Shown here piece by piece: positions 7,407 to 17,558 of a DNA stretch of 32,000 bases. Below the pieces are notes generated by a model that made no database searches, had not been told where the DNA came from, and saw only the letters and a list, made by a program, of their open reading frames with translations. Position 1 is the stretch's first letter; each line of letters opens with the position of its first letter. The position numbers and the translations under genes were made by a program. The DNA is from Massilicoli timonensis (lineage in GTDB: Bacteria; Bacillota_I; Bacilli_A; Erysipelotrichales; Erysipelotrichaceae): positions 1,173,272 to 1,205,271 of the forward strand of contig NZ_LT963434.1 in NCBI RefSeq assembly GCF_900199515.1. Direction: 5' to 3'.

Positions 7407-8717
7407 TCATTTCACATGCTTCAAAGTACCGACGTAGCGGGTTGCCGGTCTGACGATCTTTCCGCTGGCTAGCTGATGCTCGATATTATGCGCAAGCCAG
7501 CCCATGCTGCGGGCACAGGCAAACAAAGGCGTATATAATTCTTCCGGTATCTGTAAAAGCTCATAGACAAACCCGCTGTAATAATCGACATTGGTGCATA
7601 CCGTTATACCTTTTTCTTCTTTCAGCAGCGCTTTGACACATTTCGCAAAGCGTTCATAATAAGCAAACTCTTTCTGTTTTCCTTTGGCAATCGCCAAAGC
7701 CTTCGCCTGGTCTTGCAGCAGCTCGGCGCGTGGATCACTGTATGTATAGATGGCATGTCCAAAACCATAAAGCAAACCGCTTTGATCAAAACCTTCTTTT
7801 CTTAACAGCTGTGCAGCTGCCTCTTTCAGTTCTGCTTCACTTGCATCTAAACCGGTTTTGCGCATCAGTTCTTTCATCATCTGCGCGGCTTTACAGTTTG
7901 CACCGCCATGCTTCGGCCCTTTCAAAGCACCGATCGCTCCCGCAAATGCCGCATATAGATCCGTACCGGTCGATCCCATCACCACATTTACAAAGGTTGA
8001 GTTGTTTCCGCCACCGTGATCGCTGTGCAGCGCAAGCATCAGATCCAATATCTGTGCCTCTTCTTTGGTGTACTTCCGGTCGCTTCTTAACATGCGCAGA
8101 ATATTCTCGGCTGTGGAGCGATCTTTTGCCATCGGATGAATGTATAAAGAATGTCCATGAAGCGCATGCTGCTTGCTTGCGTAATTATAACAGATCAAGG
8201 ACGGCAGCTTGGCGATCAGCGCAATCCCCTGATAAAGCCGCGTTTCATTATCCAAAGCATCGGCATTGTCGTCATATTCATATAAGGTCAATATGTCCTG
8301 CATCAGTTTGTTCATTAGATTTTTTGAGGAGCCGCGCAAAATCTGTTTTTCCAAAAAGCCATCCGGCAAAGCGGCGTGTTCTGCCAAAACGCTCTGCCAT
8401 ACAGATAACTCCTCTTGACTTGGCAAAAAGCCAAACAGCAGCAAAAATCCACATCTCTCATATTGATTACAAGTATCTTCTTTCTCTAATAGTTCCTGTA
8501 TTTCATAGCCGCGATAATACAGTTTCCCTTGCGCATCTTTTTTCATGGTGCCTTTCATCTCATAGCCAACTACATCCGCCACCTTGGTCAAGCCGACCAA
8601 TACGCCGGTCCCATCTTCATTGCGCAGACCGTTTTTTACATGATACATTTGATACCATTCTTTGGGGATCGACTGTTCCTCTAAATAACGCAGATAATAC
8701 TGATGAAGCGTAAACAT
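7407..8717 (-). CDS. Citrate synthase
   Basis: 436 aa with the citrate-synthase motifs LALHSDHGGGNNSTF, LKGPKHGGAN and GFGHAIYT (catalytic His region). An AAAGGAAG RBS precedes the start. Confidence 0.9.
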   Translation of the reverse strand: MFTLHQYYLRYLEEQSIPKEWYQMYHVKNGLRNEDGTGVLVGLTKVADVVGYEMKGTMKKDAQGKLYYRGYEIQELLEKEDTCNQYERCGFLLLFGFLPSQEELSVWQSVLAEHAALPDGFLEKQILRGSSKNLMNKLMQDILTLYEYDDNADALDNETRLYQGIALIAKLPSLICYNYASKQHALHGHSLYIHPMAKDRSTAENILRMLRSDRKYTKEEAQILDLMLALHSDHGGGNNSTFVNVVMGSTGTDLYAAFAGAIGALKGPKHGGANCKAAQMMKELMRKTGLDASEAELKEAAAQLLRKEGFDQSGLLYGFGHAIYTYSDPRAELLQDQAKALAIAKGKQKEFAYYERFAKCVKALLKEEKGITVCTNVDYYSGFVYELLQIPEELYTPLFACARSMGWLAHNIEHQLASGKIVRPATRYVGTLKHVK

Positions 8718-8746
8718 CGCCGCACTTCCTTTCTGATATTGCGTTT

Positions 8747-8755
8747 ATTATAGCA
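8747..8755 (-). promoter_or_regulatory. Extended -10 element (TGCTATAAT) of the citrate synthase operon promoter
   Basis: The reverse complement of 8747-8755 is TGCTATAAT, about 30 nt upstream of the citrate synthase ATG (8717). Confidence 0.5.
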
Positions 8756-8772
8756 TGAATACATGTTGTTTG

Positions 8773-8807
8773 GAAAATATTTCATATGTAATGATTGAAA
8801 TATTTTC
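8773..8807. promoter_or_regulatory. 11-bp perfect inverted repeat in the divergent citrate synthase / aconitase control region (candidate operator)
   Basis: GAAAATATTTC (8773-8783) and GAAATATTTTC (8797-8807) are exact reverse complements separated by 13 nt. Each arm is itself nearly palindromic and is followed by ATAT. The left arm abuts the -35 position (about 8770-8775) of the citrate synthase promoter. Confidence 0.45.
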
Positions 8808-8846
8808 ATATATCATCATTTTTTATTCATTTATTTACAAGAACAG

Positions 8847-8855
8847 TGCTATAAT
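8847..8855 (+). promoter_or_regulatory. Extended -10 element (TGCTATAAT) of the aconitase promoter
   Basis: TGCTATAAT at 8847-8855, about 30 nt before ATG 8886. It is the same 9-mer as the divergent promoter. Confidence 0.5.
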
Positions 8856-8885
8856 ATTGCGTATAAGATGCAAAGGAGGAATTTT

Positions 8886-10805
8886 ATGCCGACATTAAGT
8901 GAGAAAATACTGCGTGCCCATGCGGCGAACAATGCTTTTACAAAAGGAAAGCAGATGCGTTTGAAGATCGATCAGACGCTCACCCAAGATGCGACCGGAA
9001 CGATGGCTTATCTGCAATTAGAAGCAATCGGCATCAAACGGGTAAAAACGGAATTATCGCTCAGTTATGTCGATCATAATACACTGCAAAACGGATATGA
9101 AAACGCGGATGATCACAAATATCTGCAAAGCATTGCCAATGCACATGGCATTCGCTTCTCTAAAGCAGGAAATGGAATTTGTCATCAGGTGCATTTAGAG
9201 CGTTTCGCGAAACCGGGCTGTACGTTATTAGGCAGTGATTCTCATACGCCGACAGCCGGTGGAATCGGCGCATTGGCAATCGGTGCGGGTGGTCTTGATG
9301 TTGCCTGTGCAATGGCGGGTTATCCTTTTACTTTAACTGTTCCAAAGATCATGCAGGTCGTACTGCATGGAAAACTGCAAAAGGGCGTCAGTGCGAAAGA
9401 TGTCATTTTGACACTGCTTGGCATGCTGAGCGTAAAGGGCGGTGTCGGCAAGATCATCGAATACAGTGGTGATGGCATCGCATCCCTAACCATTCCAGAG
9501 CGTGCCACGATCTGCAATATGGGGGCAGAACTGGGTGCGACTACTTCGATCTTCCCAAGCGACGCGATGACCAAAGCTTTTTTGGAAAGTCAGGGGAGAG
9601 GACAAGATTATGTGGAATTGTCAGCTGATGATGACGCGCAATATGATGAACAAATCGAGCTGTATTTAGATCAGATCGAACCGATGATCGCATTGCCGCA
9701 TTCTCCCGATCAGGTAAAAGCGGTTAAAGACAGGATCGGTATGAAGATCGATCAGGTAGCAATCGGCAGCTGTACCAATTCCAGTTATATGGATCTGATG
9801 AAAACAGCCGCCATCTTAAAAGGCAAACATGTGCATCCCGATGTCAGTTTGATCATCTCACCGGGGAGCCGTCAGGTATTGCAGATGATTACGGATAGCG
9901 GCGCTTTGCATACGCTGTTAGCAGCAGGCGCGCGGCTGCTGGAATGCACCTGCGGACCTTGTATCGGCATGGGGCAGTCTCCGCAAACCGACGCCGTATC
10001 TTTGCGTACCTTTAACCGCAACTTTTATGGACGCAGCGGTACACTCAGCGCCAAAGTGTGCTTGGTTTCACCGGAAACAGCTGCTGCCAGTGCTGTGGCC
10101 GGCGTACTGGTCGATCCACGCACCGTATCGTTTGCCATGCCTCAGGACCAGACATCTATTCCGATTGACGATTCTATGATCCTGCTACCGGATCACGATC
10201 TCAGCAAGCCCATTATCCGCGGGCCGAATATCAAACCGCTCCCGATCAATACAACAATGCCCAATCATTTCACCAAACAGGTGCTGATCAAGCTGGGCGA
10301 TCACATCACGACCGATCACATCGCTCCGGCAGGCGCCAAGGTGCTCCCTTATCGCAGCAACATCGAAAAACTATCCGAGTTTGTTTTTCAAAACAATCAA
10401 AAAGATTTCTATTTGAACTGTCAAAGGCATCAAGGCGGCATCGTCGTAGCCGGGGAAAACTATGGCCAGGGTTCTAGTCGTGAACATGCGGCGCTGGCTT
10501 TGATGTATCTGGGCATCAAGGCGGTCATTGCGAAAAGTTTTGCCCGTATTCATCATGCTAACCTGATCAACTTCGGTATTTTGCCGTTGTTGTTTACCAA
10601 AGCGGAAGATCTTGAAAGCATTGATGAATTAGATGAACTGCAATTTCATGATCTTTCCCAATTAAAAGAAGGACAGCCTTTTGTGGTATATAATGCAACC
10701 AAAAAAACGGCTTATACCTGTACCCATCAGTTAAGCGCACATGATATCGCCATACTAAAAGAAGGCGGTCTATTGAATTATATCCGTTCCCACACAGACG
10801 CATGA
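8886..10805 (+). CDS. Aconitate hydratase (~640-aa type)
   Basis: The track start is 8868. ATG 8886 sits 5 nt after AAGGAGGA (8873-8880) and is preferred. Fe-S ligand motifs are DSHTPTAGG, IGSCTNSSY and CTCGPCIGMG. The C-terminal swivel domain has GENYGQGSSREHAA. Confidence 0.9.
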   Translation: MPTLSEKILRAHAANNAFTKGKQMRLKIDQTLTQDATGTMAYLQLEAIGIKRVKTELSLSYVDHNTLQNGYENADDHKYLQSIANAHGIRFSKAGNGICHQVHLERFAKPGCTLLGSDSHTPTAGGIGALAIGAGGLDVACAMAGYPFTLTVPKIMQVVLHGKLQKGVSAKDVILTLLGMLSVKGGVGKIIEYSGDGIASLTIPERATICNMGAELGATTSIFPSDAMTKAFLESQGRGQDYVELSADDDAQYDEQIELYLDQIEPMIALPHSPDQVKAVKDRIGMKIDQVAIGSCTNSSYMDLMKTAAILKGKHVHPDVSLIISPGSRQVLQMITDSGALHTLLAAGARLLECTCGPCIGMGQSPQTDAVSLRTFNRNFYGRSGTLSAKVCLVSPETAAASAVAGVLVDPRTVSFAMPQDQTSIPIDDSMILLPDHDLSKPIIRGPNIKPLPINTTMPNHFTKQVLIKLGDHITTDHIAPAGAKVLPYRSNIEKLSEFVFQNNQKDFYLNCQRHQGGIVVAGENYGQGSSREHAALALMYLGIKAVIAKSFARIHHANLINFGILPLLFTKAEDLESIDELDELQFHDLSQLKEGQPFVVYNATKKTAYTCTHQLSAHDIAILKEGGLLNYIRSHTDA

Positions 10806-10822
10806 TACGCGTCTGTTTGTTA
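10794..10822 (+). terminator. Probable terminator overlapping the aconitase stop codon
   Basis: ACAGACGC (10794-10801) / GCGTCTGT (10809-10816), 7-nt loop, then TTGTT. Confidence 0.5.
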
Positions 10823-10948
10823 ATCTATTGATCGCATCTACGTCTTTCATCATTTAGAAACGCTATACTCCATTGCCATTAAAAAATAAGAAAAACATAT
10901 CTTATATTGTCGATAAAACAGAACCTGCTATGCGTATTCTCATACAAT

Positions 10949-10997
10949 AAAAAGAACGGCAATGCCACTTTCTACATGGGGCCTTGCCATCTTTTTT
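10949..10997. terminator. Possible bidirectional terminator between convergent aconitase and 6-P-beta-glucosidase genes
   Basis: AAAAAGAACGGCAA...TTGCCATCTTTTTT. GGCAA/TTGCC pairing flanks a structured loop, with an A run on one side and a T run on the other. The stem is short. Confidence 0.4.
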
Positions 10998-11042
10998 ATT
11001 TCTGTTTTATATTTCTTTTCCTGATCATTTACGATTCTGCTT

Positions 11043-12575
<1,533 letters not shown>

Positions 12576-12610
12576 CTAGTCCAATTAGAGATCCATCATT
12601 GACTGTTTTT

Positions 12611-12961
12611 TTAATCGATATTCTTTTTTATTTCCTGTATTTCCGCTTTCAGATCATGCACTTCCTTTAACAAAGCCACCATTTGATTGACCGTGTCACG
12701 GACAAGTTCCGCAGATGACAGTTGATCTTCAGCATGAATCAATAACAAAGATAGCTCTACCTTTTCCTTAGCCGCTTCTTTTTGAATCAAAGACGCATGG
12801 ATCTTATGTGCTTCGATGAATAACTGATTGCATTCCTCCATCAGCTTTGCAAACTGTTTGACATCGCCGTTTTGGAAGCAATGCAGCGCTTCATAACATT
12901 TGCTCTTTGCCCCGCCGGCATGACTGATAATTTGAAAACAGATCAATTCAAACTGTTCCAT
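12611..12961 (-). CDS. PTS lactose/cellobiose-family EIIA component
   Basis: 116 aa, all-helical, with LLLIHAEDQL (phospho-His region). Its ATG overlaps the IIB stop codon (TAATG). Confidence 0.85.
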   Translation of the reverse strand: MEQFELICFQIISHAGGAKSKCYEALHCFQNGDVKQFAKLMEECNQLFIEAHKIHASLIQKEAAKEKVELSLLLIHAEDQLSSAELVRDTVNQMVALLKEVHDLKAEIQEIKKNID

Positions 12962-13263
12962 TATGCCTCACCCATCAATTTCAAAGCCTGATGCAAGGTC
13001 TTTTTTCCATCCATCATGCCATAAGCAACCATTTCAATCACATCAAGGGGACATGCGATATATTGTTTCAGATCTTCCTTGCGATAGGCAACCTGTGGAC
13101 CAAGCAGCACACAGTCCGCATCTTTTGCCACTGTCGCAGCCGCATCCACAGAATAAGCCGCAATATCAAATTCCTTACCGATTTCTTTCGCATAGGATTT
13201 CATATTATTTACCAAAATGCTGGTGGACATGCCGCCTGCGCAAAGCAGTACGATTTTTTTCAT
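12961..13263 (-). CDS. PTS lactose/cellobiose-family EIIB component
   Basis: The track start 13302 is probably too long. MKKIVLLCAGGMSTSILV (active-site Cys) starts at 13263, 1 nt after the IIC stop. Confidence 0.85.
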   Translation of the reverse strand: MKKIVLLCAGGMSTSILVNNMKSYAKEIGKEFDIAAYSVDAAATVAKDADCVLLGPQVAYRKEDLKQYIACPLDVIEMVAYGMMDGKKTLHQALKLMGEA

Positions 13264-13264
13264 A

Positions 13265-14521
13265 TTAGTTTTCCTCCTTTGCTGTCTCTTCTGCACATGC
13301 AAATTTATCTTCTCTTTTCATAAACGGAATATAAATGATATAACAAATCACTAATTGAACAAGCTGTGCGATGATTCCCTGCCAGCCGTTTGTAAAGAAT
13401 CCGCCGATGATGACCGGGAAGCCGGTAGGTAAGGTTACTCCGTTTGTATATGGCAAAAAGCCAATAATGGTAAGCAGATAAGCGCTCAATACCGAGGCGG
13501 CCGGTGTCAGGACCAAAGGAATAAGCATACGGATATTCATTACTTGCGGAATACCGAATTTGATCGGTTCACTGATACCGAATAATGCCGGAATCAACCC
13601 CAATTTGCCGGTTGCCTTTAATCGTTCCGATTTACAAGTAAATAAACAATGGAGCGCAACCGCTAAAGATCGGGCACCGCGATTTCCAAGGACAAAACCG
13701 AATGTAAATAAATACGGCAGTGTTTCTTTGGCATTGTATGCCGATAAGTTCGCCATCTGCGGTTCCATCCAAAGCATCATCATGATCGGCATCATGGTAA
13801 TAACACCGTGCATCCCAAAAAACCACAACAATTCAATAAAAGCCACTACCAGCATAGCCGAGAAGATATTATTTCCCAAGTGCATAAACGGCGTCTGGAT
13901 AAAAGTCATCAACATATTGGTTACTGTACCATACGGCGTGAGGCTCATGATCACATTGATGGTCGCAAAAATGACGGCTACCAAACATCCCGGTATAATT
14001 GCGGCGAACGAACTTGCCACAAACGGGGGCACAGAATCAGGCATCTTGATCGTAAACTTATGATCCGTTGCCCAAATATAAAGCCGTGCCGCAAGCAAAG
14101 AGCCAAACAATGCGGTGAAAATACCACTGCTGCCGAAATTACTGATATTGATAAATGTTCCATCTTCTAATACGGAAATCGGGCATAAGATCAGGAAAGA
14201 CATGATTCCCATAATACCGCAGTTCAGTGCATCTTTTTTCATGATATCGCCTAGTTTATAAGCTACTAAGAACGATACATACACTGAAATCGCATCAATC
14301 GTCATTGTAGAGATGACATTACAAACACTTAAAATTCCTGTGCTTCTCAAAATCGCCTGTGAAGAACCGATGTCAATCGCTGCGATCAGCGTGGCAACAG
14401 AGCTGATCATCATCAATGCCATTGTTGCCATCATGCCTTGAGATAACGCCTTCATATAAATATTATTTGAAAATGCTGTAGAAAATTTACCCAGCGCATC
14501 GCGCAATTTATCAAACTTCAT
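13265..14521 (-). CDS. PTS cellobiose-family EIIC permease
   Basis: 418 aa polytopic membrane protein in IIC-IIB-IIA order. Several + strand ORFs (13560-14063, 13808-14170) are antisense shadows. Confidence 0.85.
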   Translation of the reverse strand: MKFDKLRDALGKFSTAFSNNIYMKALSQGMMATMALMMISSVATLIAAIDIGSSQAILRSTGILSVCNVISTMTIDAISVYVSFLVAYKLGDIMKKDALNCGIMGIMSFLILCPISVLEDGTFINISNFGSSGIFTALFGSLLAARLYIWATDHKFTIKMPDSVPPFVASSFAAIIPGCLVAVIFATINVIMSLTPYGTVTNMLMTFIQTPFMHLGNNIFSAMLVVAFIELLWFFGMHGVITMMPIMMMLWMEPQMANLSAYNAKETLPYLFTFGFVLGNRGARSLAVALHCLFTCKSERLKATGKLGLIPALFGISEPIKFGIPQVMNIRMLIPLVLTPAASVLSAYLLTIIGFLPYTNGVTLPTGFPVIIGGFFTNGWQGIIAQLVQLVICYIIYIPFMKREDKFACAEETAKEEN

Positions 14522-14537
14522 AAAAATGTTCCTTTCC

Positions 14538-15320
14538 CTATTGTAAATAATTTTCTCTTATTTTAGTTACTTCTTCTATCGTGAGTCCTAATTCTCGGAT
14601 CACGTAGTTTTCAATACCGTTAAATTGTTCTTCAATCAAATTCAACGCGGCCAATAAAAATTCCTTGCGGGCTTCTTTCAGGTATCGTAATGCCAGTACA
14701 AAATCTTTATTTCCGGTCTTATCATAAACTTCTTTCAAGCTTCGCTCATTTTTCTCTTTTTTATATACGTTGGTCAATAGATAATCTTTGAGCACCGTTT
14801 CTTGATCTACGCCAAGCAGCAGTAAGATCAAAGCAGCACCATAACCGGTACGATCTTTCCCGCCTCGACAATGCTGGACCAATGGACAATTCCCTGTATC
14901 CAGCAGCAGTTTCAATAGTTTACGATAACTGCTCTTGGATGTTTCTGCTAAAACAAATTCTTCATTTTGCCGGTACATGAGCGAATACGCCTGTTTTGAA
15001 GAAATCATCGAACGGTTTTTTTCTAAAATGTCTTTATTTTCGCTGCTGGCTAACGCCGCCACATCAGCTTTCGGATCCAGATAAATGATCGTGCTGCCTT
15101 CGATCGGCACATCTTCATTATCGATCCGTTCCCGCTTCGCACGGTAATCAACGATTGTTTTAATGCCTATTTTCTCCAAAAGAGCAACATCACTTTCGCT
15201 TAGTTTGCTCAGTTCATCAGAACGATATAGAAGACCGGTTTTCACCGTTTTCCCATCCTTTGTCCGATAGCCGCCGATATCGCGAAAGTTATAGGCTCCT
15301 TCCAATTTTATTTTTTCCAT
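14538..15320 (-). CDS. Tyrosine-protein-phosphatase-like protein (CX5R P-loop, Y_phosphatase3-type)
   Basis: 260 aa. NFRDIGGY is near the N-terminus and the catalytic loop is VQHCRGGKDRTG. It sits 14 nt after the PRD regulator and 16 nt before EIIC. Confidence 0.8.
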   Translation of the reverse strand: MEKIKLEGAYNFRDIGGYRTKDGKTVKTGLLYRSDELSKLSESDVALLEKIGIKTIVDYRAKRERIDNEDVPIEGSTIIYLDPKADVAALASSENKDILEKNRSMISSKQAYSLMYRQNEEFVLAETSKSSYRKLLKLLLDTGNCPLVQHCRGGKDRTGYGAALILLLLGVDQETVLKDYLLTNVYKKEKNERSLKEVYDKTGNKDFVLALRYLKEARKEFLLAALNLIEEQFNGIENYVIRELGLTIEEVTKIRENYLQ

Positions 15321-15334
15321 AATTCACCTGCTTT

Positions 15335-17260
15335 TTAATAAGATGCTTTGATCAGTTCATTGATAAATGTTTCATAATCCGGCTGATCGATCATACGATA
15401 TAATACTTCTTGATTTAATAGCATTTTAATGATTCTTTCATATAAGAATACATACTTTTCACTGGATACCTTGCTCATGGAAATCAATAAGATCAAACGA
15501 ACTTTTTGATTTCCCCAATCAATCGATTTCTTTAAGAATGAAACTGAGACAAAGGTAAAATCCGTACAGCTCTCTATCGGATGGGGCAATGCCACATCAG
15601 GCAACAGATCCGTTGTAAACAGTTCCTCTCTTTTTAATACCAACTCCTTAAAATGCTTTGGCAGTTTTACATTTTCGCCCACTCGATCAATGATCCGATC
15701 CAAAGCTTCTTCTTTATCTTTTACATCTAAATTCGTAAAAAATAGACTCGGTCTGAAATATGCGATGGCATCTGATTTTTGAATTTCCTCCGATAATATG
15801 GATTGAATCCTTTTAACGGTTCTTTCATTCAGAAAGAAAGAAAATTCAAAAACGGGAATAGAAGTATCCACATTCAGCGGTACCGTAGTGAAAATGTAAT
15901 CTATTGCATGGTTTTGTAAATAACGCTCTATTTGATTGACATCACAAATATCTGCTTTCTCTATATATTGCTGGAAGTATTGCTGGAAATTGTAAAATAT
16001 CATCTGCGAGGTCGCTCTCCCACTTCCACATACGATCAGTATTTTTTTCTTGCGAATATTTTGGATTTCTTTTTTCAATGCGACATTGAAGTGCAAGGCA
16101 AAATAACTGATCTCTTGTTCCGACAGTTCAAAACCCCACTCGTCTTTTATCACCTCTGCCGCGATCAAAGACAACTCGTACCCGCTTACACATTGTGTTT
16201 TGATCTGTTCACAAATTGGATTCTTTAACACGACATCGTGTTCCAGCCGAAATTTTAGCGGTAACAGATGCAAGCCCAGCATGATGCGCAAATTAAAATC
16301 ATCTAATAAATCAATGCCGATAATATCTCGTATCGTAATTAAGATTTTTTCAACTAGTTGATTGATCGCTTCCGGGATTTGTTGGTTATGTTTTTGATCC
16401 AATTCACGTTTCGATAGGATCTGTAATAAAATATATTCTCTTTCTGAAGCACTGAACGTGATCGCAAATTCATTCTCTAAACAATCAATCAGCTCATCTG
16501 CCAAATCATTCATATTAGAAGATACTTTCTGTTGTCCCAGTGAATAGTCAATTTCTTTCCCTTCCATAATTCTTTTTACACTGATATAGAGGTGTGAGGA
16601 TAATGCTTCTTGTAAATAATCCGGCATGCTGTATTTTTGATCTTCAAAGACCTTTTCAATAATCTGCTTGATCTTGCAGTATGCTTTATCTGACTTACTG
16701 AAATAATAGAAATTATCTTCTACCAGTCTTTGCACATAGTTGCTTGAAATAAATCTCCTCAAATCAAATTCTTCGCCGATGATTCTGATGCCGTAGTGAG
16801 GCTTCATTTGAATTTTCAAATTGTAATTTGCTAAAATATGTCTGATTTTTTTTAATATTTTAGTCAATGTCGATTTAGAGATAAAGAATTCTTCTGTCAA
16901 ATCATCTGACTTTAAGTAGCCGTTTTCTGTGACCAGCCGAGAGAGTATCTGATCTACCAGTTGTTCTTCCGTATAGGGAACATTCGACAACAGCTGATCA
17001 AACAACTGTTGATCTTCAATCACCAGCAAGTAACCGAAACCATGTTTCACTGCAATCTTGGCGCCATAAGATGTCAGTTCATCCTCTAAACAACGAATAC
17101 GGTGTTGAATTGTTTTGGTACTTTTGTCTAATAAAGTTGCAATTTTATTGCCGGACACATAAGCATCGCTCTCCATTAAAATTTTCAAAATTTGATAATC
17201 AATCTTCTCTATCATTTCCTCACCACCTACAGTATAACGAGCGTTGTATTCTTTTTCCAA
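15335..17260 (-). CDS. PRD-domain transcriptional regulator of the LicR/CelR/MtlR type (HTH + PRDs + EIIB-like + EIIA-like)
   Basis: 641 aa. An N-terminal HTH region is followed by long helical PRD-like repeats, an EIIB-like KKILIVCGSGRATSQM and a C-terminal EIIA-like part. The alternative start at 17215 (MIEKIDYQ) has a GGTGGTGAGG RBS and may be the true start. Confidence 0.8.
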   Translation of the reverse strand: MEKEYNARYTVGGEEMIEKIDYQILKILMESDAYVSGNKIATLLDKSTKTIQHRIRCLEDELTSYGAKIAVKHGFGYLLVIEDQQLFDQLLSNVPYTEEQLVDQILSRLVTENGYLKSDDLTEEFFISKSTLTKILKKIRHILANYNLKIQMKPHYGIRIIGEEFDLRRFISSNYVQRLVEDNFYYFSKSDKAYCKIKQIIEKVFEDQKYSMPDYLQEALSSHLYISVKRIMEGKEIDYSLGQQKVSSNMNDLADELIDCLENEFAITFSASEREYILLQILSKRELDQKHNQQIPEAINQLVEKILITIRDIIGIDLLDDFNLRIMLGLHLLPLKFRLEHDVVLKNPICEQIKTQCVSGYELSLIAAEVIKDEWGFELSEQEISYFALHFNVALKKEIQNIRKKKILIVCGSGRATSQMIFYNFQQYFQQYIEKADICDVNQIERYLQNHAIDYIFTTVPLNVDTSIPVFEFSFFLNERTVKRIQSILSEEIQKSDAIAYFRPSLFFTNLDVKDKEEALDRIIDRVGENVKLPKHFKELVLKREELFTTDLLPDVALPHPIESCTDFTFVSVSFLKKSIDWGNQKVRLILLISMSKVSSEKYVFLYERIIKMLLNQEVLYRMIDQPDYETFINELIKASY

Positions 17261-17468
17261 CGATGAAATTTCTCTTACCTAAAAGAACTATTACCCGCTA
17301 AATGTAAGAATAAACAGCATTCCTTTCTTGACTTTTTCTTTTATATGACCGTGATTCACAAAATAACAGATAGGTGCACACGCCGGAAAAAATGTATCCT
17401 ATTCACTATTTGTAAGAGGGCATTTCGTATCGCTTCGTCATTGCAATCAAGTTCCGATAAACGCAAAA

Positions 17469-17510
17469 AAGGACGGTTATTCCACATTATGGAATTGCCC
17501 CTCCTTTTTG
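17469..17510. terminator. Probable bidirectional terminator downstream of purD
   Basis: ATTCCA (17479-17484) / TGGAAT (17490-17495) core, extended by GG/CC pairs. An A6 run lies on the left and a T-rich run on the right. Confidence 0.45.
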
Positions 17511-17558
17511 TTTTACTATTTCGTACGATCTCGCAACAACCTTGTGCCAATCTGTTTT

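Noticed and set aside
7730-8713. 327-aa ORF on the + strand
   Set aside because: It is entirely antisense to the well-supported citrate synthase gene. The translation is low-complexity (S/H/R/L/P-rich) with no recognisable motif and no RBS, so it is a shadow ORF.
13560-14170. ORFs 13560-14063 (+), 13808-14170 (+) and the small minus-strand ORFs inside the PTS EIIC gene
   Set aside because: These are alternative-frame or antisense shadows of the EIIC permease. Their composition is atypical and they lack start-site signals.
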